A DNA stretch of 64,000 nucleotides from Paraspadella gotoi. Lineage: Eukaryota > Animalia > Chaetognatha. Under the pieces are notes generated by a model. The model did not search any database. It was not told the DNA's origin and was given only the letters and a program-made list of their open reading frames with translations. Location of the stretch: the NCBI GenBank assembly GCA_051294375.1, contig CM119264.1:7275814-7339813 (forward strand), written 5' to 3'. Shown here piece by piece: positions 37,327 through 47,165 of this stretch. Numbering within the stretch: position 1 is the first letter of the stretch; each line of letters starts with the position of its first letter. A program made the translations under genes and the position numbers.

Positions 37327-40300
37327 CATCCCTTTCACTGTTTACTTGTGAAACAAAAAATTATGTACTATCAAAACTAAATTAGCACTGATAAAGACTT
37401 GCAAATTAAATCAAAACATGTATGTTTAATCATAATAAAAAACATTTTTGTTAAATTTTTTTTCTCTAAAAATCCAAAAAAGTTTTTCTTCTATTTTTTC
37501 ATCATTAACAAAGATTTTAACTCAAAATAAAAAATTGAATTTCAATGTTGAGCAAATTAAAGTTTTATATTTAATAAAGATTTTGTTTAAAAATTAATAC
37601 CGAAAAATATCCTATTTTGTAATTTTTTTAATTTTAAATTTAATTTAATATTAATTGGTTTTAAATTATTGAAGAAAATATTTCCCTTTTAAATCTTAGC
37701 AAATTAGATCATAAGTTTGTCAGTTATATCTTAGTTTTAAAGCTCCTTTCCTCAATTAAAAATTGCCTACTTTTATTCAGTTAACTACTAGGTAAACCAA
37801 AAAATTGTCTATTACCTATTTAAGAAAAAAATTTTGCCTACGTTCACCCCTTACACGGGACACCTCTTAACACAGTTCATATTTGGTATAAAAGTAAGGT
37901 AAAATAAGACCTTTAAGTTAAAGGTTTAACTTGCATATATATCATAAATATTGCCGACTGTATACGGAAAACTGAGGGTGTTAATAAATAGAATAAACGC
38001 TATTTATATTAAAAATCTACGCGCGATTGTTTTGATGTGGATGGAGTGACGTCGTGAGAACACTGATCGTAAATCTTGAAATTTTAGAACAAGTTTCCAT
38101 GGCTAACAAGTTTCCCAAAATGTTTTTTTTTCTTTTTCCCAGAGGCTTACAACAAATGGATCGCGAGTACCGACTCGAGTCGATCCTCCAACGACTCCAA
38201 TTTGATGGGAAATCGACCCGACCTGACGAGCAGCTTGGAGTCCTCGACGAGACGAGAGAGGGAAGCGGGCAGCTTCAAAGTCTTCAACAATAATAACCAC
38301 AATAAAAAGGTTTTCGTATATACATATGGGGATAAGGCACTAAGCGTAGCCAAGGGATCATTGTGTTTAGAGGTTTACCTGGTTACTAAATCTCTCTCTC
38401 TCTCTCTCTCTCTCATCATCTTCTCTCGTCTCTACCTCTCCTCTCCCTCTGCCACCTGGTTAATCCTCCGCTCTCTCACGTTACTCTCAGTCATGTACAC
38501 ATACTTTTAATGTCTCTCTGACTCTGTATCACCAATAATCGTTTTAACAATTAAGCATTTTCAATCTCCTAAACAGTTGAACACCGTAACACTCGGCATC
38601 TTCCACTCCGTCTCCAACGTCTTCGCTTCCTCCAAAGAAGCGGAGAAGAAAGAGCTGGAGCAGAGGAGAGACTCCAACCGGAGAGAGTCGAGGAGAGACT
38701 CGACGATCCCCTTGCACGAAGAGATGCTCAACGAGGGAAGGAGGAAGTCGTTTGCGCCGCGGACGGCCATCTTGGGAAAGGAGGTTCGGAGACGGTGCTT
38801 TTGTGTGGTTTGTTGTTATTGTTGGTTTTTTTGTTGTATTTATAGATGGATGGTTGATAGTTGAGAAACGTTGAGTGCATTTGACAATGTTATTGCATAT
38901 AATTGAGAATAATTTATCGTCTTGAAACGTAACACAGAATTCATGATTATGTAATATGTATGTAAATAAATGTTTTTCTTATTTAAGTCAACAATTGAGT
39001 ATCTTTTTTTGTTGGATTTCTCTGAACGACTTTCTTCCTTACTCAGGACATCTTGCAAAAGCTATCGGTTGCGCAAATAAAGGAGTTGCAAGCGATGAAC
39101 CAAGAGCAAGAAATGAGGCTGCAGAAGGAGGACGTTGAGGATTACGCCGGTCTCTCGCCTCAAGAAAAGAGGGAAAAGATGATGAGAAAAAGATTTAAAA
39201 GGAAAAAGGAGATGACTGGCTTGAAGATCGTCGCCGTTGTGGCTCACAGGTATGAAATAGAAATTCGATCTATTTATTTATTGTTTGTTGGAATAAAATT
39301 GATGATAACGATTTGAAAAAAAAAAAAATCGATTGAATGATAAATTTCTGAATTGATAGAATTCCGATTAATTTGATTGATTGATTCCGATTGACGTCGC
39401 AGAAAAAAGTCGGACGACGAGTTGATGCTTCACGTTGGAGACGAAGTGACGCTAATCGAAGACGGAGGCGGGGGGTGGTGGATGGGGGAGGCGAGGGGAA
39501 AGGAGGGACTCTTTCCCTCTTACAAAGTAGAAGCCAGGGGGGCGCACAGGTGAAGAAATGAACGAAGGGCGTTAGTGAATTGTACCGTGGAGTTCTCGTT
39601 GGGGAAGAATTACGTTTTAAGTTTTAAGAATTAGGATTTGACCTAACAGGCTATTGCGTCAATTGCAACAGCAACGGATGAGAGCCAATCAACCAGACAT
39701 CAAAGAATCGCTCAGCGGAGAAAATTCCGACGAAGATTCCGCGAACGATTCGGGCAAGGTTTCTCCGAGAAATTCCACCAGAGATTCGGCCAAAGATTCG
39801 GCCAGAGATTCGGCCAGAGATTCGGCCAGAGATTTTGAGGACAGGGGAAAAAGAATTCGTACCGAATCGACGTCGACGACTAACAGCGAGGGGATCAGGT
39901 CTGTCTCTGTCTCTGTAGTTTCGGGCTTGGCCGTTTTTTTTTCTTCTTTACGAAGATTTTTCTCTTGCCTATAAACAAAAAACATTTTGTAAATAATTAT
40001 GAACTTTCTCTTGCCAGATTCAAGGGACTCGTAAATCTGAAATTGGAAGATCAGAAGAGACACTCCGATCCAGTCGTCTTGGAGGAATTGCGACAGTCGC
40101 TCAAATCTGGTGAGGAATCTTATTCGTCTGAAGTTTAAAGAATTGGTTAATTAATTATACACGCGAAGTCCTAAACTGATAAATAAACCGACATAAAGTG
40201 AACGAATTCGCGAAAAATCTAACCGATCGATCGTTCCAACCAGGGGGCGGCCTCCGTCAACCGCGACGCAAGGATCTGGATTGGCGTCGAAGTCTTCATC

Positions 40301-41612
40301 GCGGGAAGATCACCGTCATGAATCCCGAGGAGGCCATCGAACTCAACAGGATGTTCAAGAGCGGCTTGAAGGGTGGGCCAGTCGCGCAGAAAGTCACGGA
40401 CAAATTTCCAACGCTTTGCTATACCTTTCTTTTAAAATATATTTTCATTTTCATCGTCATTTATCATCATTATCATATCACCGTCATAATCATCATGGTC
40501 AATCATCATCATCATCATCATCTTCTTGATCCAGGCGGCGGTGGAGACGTTGCCTCGTTGGGCGGAGCTTGGTTGGCGGCGACTCGCAAAGACTTTCCAT
40601 CTGGGGTTAGTATTAATCAATATCGCATAGTGTTCGTATTATTATTATTTTTCTTAGTAGTATTATTTCACTGCCTTGGTAAAAATCAGGAAGAAAAAAT
40701 GTTTATATTGAAAAATACGTTCTCCGTTGTTTTTATATGTACTTTATTTACTTCTCTTTATTTAATGCATAAAAACGACCCAATTTTAAGGGACCGACCA
40801 TTTCACCGCCCTCACCGCCGCCTTCGCCGCCTTCATCGCCGCCGCCACCGTCGCCGCCGACGCCGCAAACGCCGCCGTCTCCCGCCTCCGAAGACCAGGA
40901 AGAAGTCGCCGAGATTCACCGGAAAATCCCACAGCTGCCGAAAATCAACGTCGACCTCACTGCCGGAATGGTCAGTCAGTCGATCTGTCCGTTAGCTCGT
41001 TTGTTCGTTAATTATTTAATTAATTAATTAATTGATTATTTCGATCCTTTATGTAATCTTTTTGCCATCCAACTCATCATTCTATCCATCCATCCATATC
41101 CATTCGTCCGTCCATCCATCTTTCCATCAAATGACCAGTTGGACGACATCGAAGAAGACGAAGAGGAAAGGCGACAATCGACGATCGATTCGCTTCACGT
41201 TCCTCCCTTGACGAGAGAGGAAAAGGAGAAAAGCAAAGGTAAGGAGAGAAGATGGGAGTATCTGAGAGAGGACAAGAAGAAAAGCAAAGGTGAGGAAAGA
41301 AGATAGGAGCAGAGAGATGAAAAGGATAAAAGGTAAAGCAAAGCAAAGCAGAACAAAGAAAGGACGGGGGAAGCAGATGCCGGAGCTGAGACAGCGGAAA
41401 GTAGGAACGGACTTTGGCAGAGGAAAATTCTCCTAATTATTTCTTGCTTTGGGACAATGGAGACAAAGGAAGAAAGAGCGGAAGTTATGCCTCAGCGTTG
41501 TGCAGCTATTGTTAGTTCCGTTATTACTCGTTTTTTTTTCCTTTTTGCCGAGAAGCGTACTCGATGATTATGTTCCTTCTCTTTTATGTTCAACATGCTT
41601 AAAAAAGCTTTC

Positions 41613-41688
<76 letters not shown>

Positions 41689-42762
41689 GGGAAACAAAAG
41701 AGCAAAGAGATTCCCGAGTGGGCAAAAAATTTCATGGCCAAAATGGAAACGGAGAAACTGAAGGAAAACAAAGGGGCTTTGAAGACGTCGTCGGAGATTA
41801 AATCGGAGGCTACGCCGGTTTCACCCGAGGCAACGCCGGTTCCATCGCCGACAACGCCAGTTCCGACGCAATCGAATCCTGTGCTTCCCCAAAGGCCTTC
41901 GTTTCCAGCGCCGCCTCGACCTTCGCCGCCCGCGTCTGAGCTTCAATTCAACCCAACGAAGCCGTCTTCATTAATGTCAACAATGGCGCAGCCCACTCGA
42001 CCGACGACGACGAATAAAGAGAAAAAAGCAGAGATGACGACGACGACGATGACGACGATAACGCAGACGATAGCACCGACAATAAGGGCAGCAAGGGAAC
42101 AAGATATTATGGAAGAGGAAAACGATTCTATCCCAGCGCAAACAAAGATCAAAGGGATTCCACCTCTAACGATGGCGGATCCTCCACCAAGTAATACGAC
42201 GACGACGTCAATAGAGACTTCGACTGAAAGTGAAGACGCCGTAACCGACTATCGTTCGACCAATCAGAATACGAGACTTTCAAACGCCGCGTCTTCGTCG
42301 TCCTCAACGACCAATGAGCTGTCGTCGATCGACTACAAGGGCAATCGCCGGCTCAGCAACAATTGTCCCTCTATCGACGATAAAACGGAACTTTCCTTGG
42401 CGCCCGTGGAATCGACGAATCGAGAAGCGAAGTTTGTGTCTTCGAACAATGACGACACCCTTTCGGTCGACGCCAATCGGCAGCCGGCGCCGTTGTCTCC
42501 GTCGACCAATCAGGAAGCGAAAAATCGAAACAAGCGAATCGCGCGGATTCAGAGAACCAAAGCTACGCCGAAACGAATTTTGATTGGTTCCGAAGACGAC
42601 GACGACGATGGCGAATCGGGCGTCGTCAACCGAGGATTTCGATCTTCGGTGGCGATGGACAAAGAGGACAATAACAACAACGACGACAACGGCCAACTCC
42701 CGAACACAGATGACGATTGTATAGATCTCTCGGAGTTGCTCGTTGTGAAAGAAAGGAAGTAA
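22663..42762 (+). CDS. Two-pore channel-related protein (2x6TM) with EF-hands and a C-terminal SH3 domain, ~25 exons, ~1600 aa
   Basis: Exons (approx.): 22663-22747, 23014-23184, 23530-23815, 24125-24230, ~24525-24635, 25566-~25650, ~25978-26176, 26630-26824, 27190-27343, 27766-27943, 28089-28305, 28747-28835, 28894-29038, 29376-29539, 38143-38309, 38577-38783, 39047-39249, 39403-39549, 39650-39898, 40018-40109, 40244-40372, 40535-40605, 40791-40970, 41139-41238, 41690-42762. TPC hallmarks: LAAAFISDGVKGR, NALAFFEPP, LFVLLTTENYPDVMIPAY, LLAIIVDAY, FAILGMQCF, FQMMTTSNWHDIM, MNLLVAIVIEAY. The 5' exons carry a few 1-nt indels that differ between the two duplicated copies. Confidence 0.88.
29815..31813. 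mobile_element. ~2-kb non-autonomous TIR element
   Basis: Imperfect ~30-bp terminal inverted repeats: CCAGGAGAGCCACCGAATCTGACCCCAAA (29815) vs TTTGGGGTCAGTTTCCCTGGCTCTCCTGG (ending 31813). No clear TSD and no intact ORF. Confidence 0.6.
30734..31785. repeat. ~1.05-kb imperfect palindrome (fold-back)
   Basis: The arms are reverse complements along their length (e.g. aatcaagtgaggtacatagctattttagtgtaa vs ttacactaaaatagctatgtacctcacttgatt); centre near 31255. Confidence 0.88.
31984..33375 (-). CDS. 463-aa multi-pass hydrophobic ORF; probable C-terminal continuation of the XK-family ORF
   Basis: A long open frame in very AT-rich DNA with many hydrophobic segments. It begins 11 nt past the stop of the upstream ORF, in the -1 frame, with a TTG rather than ATG at its annotated start. 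Confidence 0.6.
   Translation of the reverse strand: MLYKRFSADSYWYTIVITPTFSIVLLSGMLCLEKNFFFGELLDSFQERVSSGLHFLKLDRFPRLLVNFSGSATSLVTIDYGSGLVNWEKLNSCSKCIKNIEQCISLENHSSQFTYRLKMGNHNLFPKDVDIFLLIVLIDLIFAILYLWSLPFFTKSNRKIIFSYFFLYGTTLYLIIIQIVFCFNFKEKHKIYKEMMPKLVDNNRRSDLRRMLTFSAGVMYQLGRILSNLYLIMIVVFIMNIVQRIVKKFSSTIMLTFNGLVLILPSIFTLHLVSENTRQYLKKKITDFCTLSQDDFQLKMIDYATIHNKLLVYLVFQDNFSFFFILSLFLIFIYPAFLMKVRSTILPVYKFLYVISVSLCYFIIFLIFQFWLKPEKVILDNEPLFFYSNFFSSSYSQEIVILDYFFRFLPLNNLDVCLTQQNVTIFLNEFFNMFFFETEFTDYGSILTLAIHLTTFVTYFYTI
33387..34391 (-). CDS. XK-related (XKR/CED-8 family) membrane protein, intronless, nested antisense in the channel intron
   Basis: N-terminal LDIATD helix, HAIFEAFPQILLQ (family motif ExxPQxxLQ) and ISVVLSTLSIAK helix occur in the expected order. 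Confidence 0.75.
   Translation of the reverse strand: MINIHLVILVMSSSLNVLDIATDFQAGYQAISSPAWSYKILGIMTFCIVLCHCVISTSYSLRILHRCSNNYGRLVGGNVQRAWTLAASIVGLASEVFAIDQYLDKMSADSIDENNDHKSKYDHQNLKNYSNKKSNNNGSNQDNNSASLLVKERCQISKEKEEVLNCLNMIHAIFEAFPQILLQSAAFLVSETIGTTVQCFPLTLNAFEVNKGFLLHLEADGVISLLSESCNCQEFFEYFCWWKIRNYFPVISVVLSTLSIAKAASIYRATCLIKCAQLSQKRFYVTMILGTIQGMCGMTACLSVVFLKAWSYSMILLVVAPFFVFRLLAAEEFF
35496..36241 (-). mobile_element. Miniature LTR retroelement (TRIM-like)
   Basis: Two ~254-bp near-identical direct repeats (35496-35749, 35989-36241) start TGTGGCGG on the minus strand. The ~240-bp non-coding interior has three ~33-bp repeats. A PBS (TGGTGAGCCC) adjoins the 5' LTR, and ATAT(T) is duplicated at the flanks. 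Confidence 0.85.
36800..37475. mobile_element. ~680-bp palindrome of two inverted Penelope-type terminal segments
   Basis: Arms ~36800-37103 and ~37159-37475 are reverse complements; each carries a hammerhead-like motif and an AG-rich tract. Confidence 0.7.
36850..36896 (-). ncRNA. Minimal type I hammerhead ribozyme motif
   Basis: Minus strand reads TAAGCA-CTGATGA-A-GATTTG-CAAAT-TAAGTC-GAAA-CATG-TA-TGTTTA: intact core, 6-bp stem I, 6-bp stem II, palindromic ACATGT in place of stem III, and a GUA cleavage triplet. Confidence 0.7.
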
Positions 42763-43267
42763 TGAGGGGGACAGCATTTTATTTTTACTGCTCAAGGAAA
42801 AAAAAAATATTGTTACAAATCGCTGGAAGAAAGTTGAACAACCCGATATCAGATTTGTTAAGTAGAAAAAGGTTCTTTAAATTTCTCGAGAATTCGTTAT
42901 AATTAGGCTATCATTGTTGATATTTTCGTAACTCAGCACGATGAGATAGATGAAGTCATAGTATTAAAATATATAATTTCGGCGTTAGAGATTTTTAACT
43001 AATTATTTTGTATTTTGACTTTCGTTTCATCTCTAAACTAATTATTTGTAAAAATGATTTTTAAAATGATAAGCTCAACTTACGAAAAATACTCATGAAT
43101 TTTCGAGAACGAATATAAATTTGTTAGTGACCGATTTCATTTACTATTTCCTTCGCGGTCAAAAAAACGATTATTTCTCGTCACCTGTTTGGAAAATCGG
43201 ATTGTTGCTTATTTGGTTGTAATTGGCATCTGCGAACCTGTAAAATCGCTAATAGCTAGACAGAGAA

Positions 43268-43324
<57 letters not shown>

Positions 43325-44883
43325 TATTGAAATATTGAAAGCCAAAGTGAGGCTTGAGGCCAGTGTTTTACACTGAGAGAGAGAGAGAAAAGGTACCTCA
43401 TAAGCTTAATTAATTTTATTAAATAAAAAACCCTGGTAAGTTGTCTATCACTTTCCCTTAAGGAATCAACGAAGAAAAGAAGATAGAGAGATAAAAGGGA
43501 AAAAAACCTTCGAATAGAAAAAGTAGAGGGATTAGAAAAAATATTATTTATTTTTTGGCAGAGACGAAACTCGCATCGGCCTCTCGCTCTCTCTCTCGTA
43601 TTCGAAAAAAAACTGGCATTTAAGGCCGCGGACTTTTNNNNNNNNNNNNNNNNNNNNNNNNNTTAAAAAAAAAAAAAAAAAAAAAAAAAAACTTCTCCAT
43701 CTCTGAAAAACTTCTAAAATTAATTTTTTTTCTCATTACATCCGCGTTCATTTTGATTTAAACTTTTAAGTTTAATTACAACGAAACACGTCCTAAAATT
43801 TTCATTTTCCTTCAATAGTTGGAGCGAATAGTCCGACATTATCATCGGTAAATGGTTAATCGAAACTCCCGGGTGGCGTCTTTTTCGACTCAATTTTTTT
43901 TCTTCTTCATTTTCTTGATTTATTTTCCACCAAATTTATTTTCTTAACTCGCGTCGACCTTCTGCAGAGATTCGCCCGTCGTTGCATTCAGAAACATTAA
44001 CGTCAAGATAGCGAAGAAAAAACGAGTCTAAATCATTTGGCTACAAAAAATAAAATAAATAAAAAAACCTAATTGAACCACCTAAACTTTTCATGTGAAC
44101 GACTACAGTGATTTAAGTTTTGAGGTAAAAAAAATGATGAAAATGACGTCTGCCTCGTTGTTTTTGTTATTGATTATGACTACGACGACGACGATGAGAT
44201 GATGATCTGATGATGTAAGATGATAAGACGATGATGATGATAACGACGACGATGATGATGATGATGAAGATGATGCTGATGATGAAGATGAATACGACGA
44301 TTGATGATGATGATGATGATGTGCTGATGATGAAGATGATAACGACGATGATGATGATAACGACTGTATGTATGATGAAGATGATGATGATAATGATGAA
44401 GATGATAACGAAGCAGTGATGACCAAATCAATAACGAGGATGCAGATGTTAACGATACGGATAACGAATGTTGTCAATGTCATAGACGATGACGACGAAA
44501 ACGACGACGAAAACGACGACGATCTCAAACTTAAAGGATAACATAAAATCCTTCTTTTTCTGTTTGCGCCAAACAGCTACGTCGCTCTCTTTTTGCATCA
44601 AAGGTCGTAGGATCCAGGCCGATCCTTTTTCTTTTCTTTTCTTTTCTTTTCTTTTCTTTTCTTTTTTCTTTTCTTTTCTTTTCTTCTTTTTTTCTTTTCT
44701 TTTCTTTTCTTTTCTTCTTTTCACTTCTAACTACAATGTCAAAAAACCAAACAACAAGCCTTAAGCTCCCGAGTGCCCATGTGTCAAAAATAAACGCAAA
44801 ACTTGTTTGAAGAGTTAGAGAGAGAGAGAGAGGAGAGAGGAGAGAGAGAGAGGAGAGAGAGGGGAGAGAGATGAGAGAGGAGA

Positions 44884-44924
<41 letters not shown>

Positions 44925-45109
44925 GAGAGAGAGAGAGAAAGAATGATCAAAGGTTCTCGAACTCGCTCGACGATATTTATTAAGTGCATCGCCTTTTCTA
45001 ATTAAGTTCGTTTTTCGTTCTTAATTCGATAAGACGTCGGGGCGAAACGAAGACCGATTTTCTGTTGTAAATGTTCAATTCTGTTTGTTTCAAGCATTAA
45101 AACAAAAAA

Positions 45110-45187
<78 letters not shown>

Positions 45188-47087
45188 TCTCTCTCTCTCC
45201 TTTCTCTACGGCGAACCAAAAAAAAAAAAAAAATTAAAACGTAAAAAAAAGAAGAAAAAAGACATTAAGCAAAGTGCATCACAGTACGAGGTTTAACGAC
45301 CGTATTAATTACTGTATCATCTCTCCGACGAGGATAGTAAAGCTTCTTTAAATACAGATCATTTCGATACGGGTTTGTAATTTATGGTTTGTGTTGGGAG
45401 AGGGGTTTGAATTCCCTTTTGGTTTTTTTAATGTTAAAAACTCGATGAAAACTAAAAAAGATAAACAGGAAAGATTTCAACAGATGTCCCGAGATGTAAC
45501 TGAAGAAGGACTTGAGCCGCAAACCAACTACAAAGTTACTCGCGATTAAAATCAAATTTAACATCTTATCGATTTAACCCTTGGTTTTTACTCGCCGGTC
45601 ACAAACAATCAACGCTGAGTCATGGGCGTAAACAAATAATGAAAACATGTACGGCCTTTATAAAAAAAAATATTTAAAACTATCAATTCATTAAAAAGTT
45701 TACTTAGTTTACTTAAAATTCAAAAACTATTAAAGTTAAATCGATGCGCCATAATTAAAGGCGTTGACTATTGAAAAGTCTCTGTAAGAAAAAAGCAAGC
45801 AGTCGTGACGCAAGAAAAGGCAAACAAAAAAAGGAGAAGCAACTTTCCAATTTCGGTCTCAAGCAAAAAAAAAAAAAAAAAAAAAAAGCAAAGAAAAAGC
45901 AAGAAGAAAAGCGTTTCATCCTGAATCGCGAGTCGTCGCTAAATTGTCTCGCGAAACTCTCGAAGCGAGAGTCGGATTGGGTGGCTTCTCAGCGGCCAAC
46001 GCTCGCTATTTTTTAAGAAAGACGAGTAAACACTCTCTGAGGGGAAGAAAGGGAGGTTTCTATCGCGATGGCGAAGTGAGGCGAGGGGGGAGGAAGCGGA
46101 GGGGCGGGAGGGAGGGAAGGGGGGAGGAAAGGGGGAGAGGGGTGGACATGGTGAAAGAAGGCAGGAGTGACACGGCAGCGCTTGGAGTTGATAAGGCGTC
46201 TTTTTTTCTTTTTTTTAATTTTTAAAGATTGCAAAATTCTAAGTTGTCATGAAAATTTGCAAATTACTCGTTTCACTAATTTTCTATTTTATATTTTATT
46301 GAAGATTTTAGATATTTAATCTATATTATTTGTAAACAAATATATATTGCTTTCTTTTTTTTTAAAAAATATATTTTATGTCTATTAATTATTCAAATAC
46401 ATTTTGGAAGGGGAATAGTCAGGTGTTGTCTTCTGAATAGAGGAGAGCATCTACACCACAAGGTTAGATTAACTATCTGTCCTAATTTCTAATAGCTATC
46501 ACACATCATTTCTGTTAGAATGGTCATTAATTGAAATCTATATATCTAAGAGGGCTGACAGAAATGGGTGGGAAAGGAAATTTTATAAAATATTATTTTG
46601 AGGGTGTGACAGAACACTTCTATCATATTATTTCTTTTACCAATAGGGATAAGATACCAGTTAGAATTGTATGTTCCGATAGGGATACATACTGGGGAGA
46701 AGGTCCATAGGGCACCTTTATGTCATGAATATAATTTTAAATACTTTAATAAAAATTAATTTTTCTTTATCCTACTTTTTAATTATTTATTTTTTGAATA
46801 TTTTTTATCTTTTTATGTTTATATACAATGGTAAGATCCAGTTGGGAACCTATACCTTCATGGACTTGCGCTTGCTCTTCTCCAATTCATATTTTTTCAG
46901 AATCGCAATCGTTCGATAGGAGGTTTTTGAGTTTTGACTTTGTAGAGAGGAGTTGATCTGATTGAAGTCCTATTTTCCTTTTTTATTTTTTAAATCCCAA
47001 GGGAAAATCTGGGAAGCTCTTTTGTTCACGTTCGAAATAACATTATGATAATAAAAACCATCAATCATCAAAAGAAGAGATGGAGGG

Positions 47088-47165
<78 letters not shown>

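Larger units (their letters stand above)
35338..37853. mobile_element. Non-autonomous hAT-like DNA transposon (2.5 kb) with an 8-bp TSD
   Basis: TIRs TAAGAGGTGAACTTAGGTAATATT / AATTTTGCCTACGTTCACCCCTTA, with a perfect direct repeat CACGGGAC at 35330-35337 and 37854-37861. Confidence 0.85.

Noticed and set aside
44103-44528. Poly-Asp/Ser/Met ORFs (also 55642-56100)
   Set aside because: Trinucleotide repeat; frames differ between the duplicate copies.
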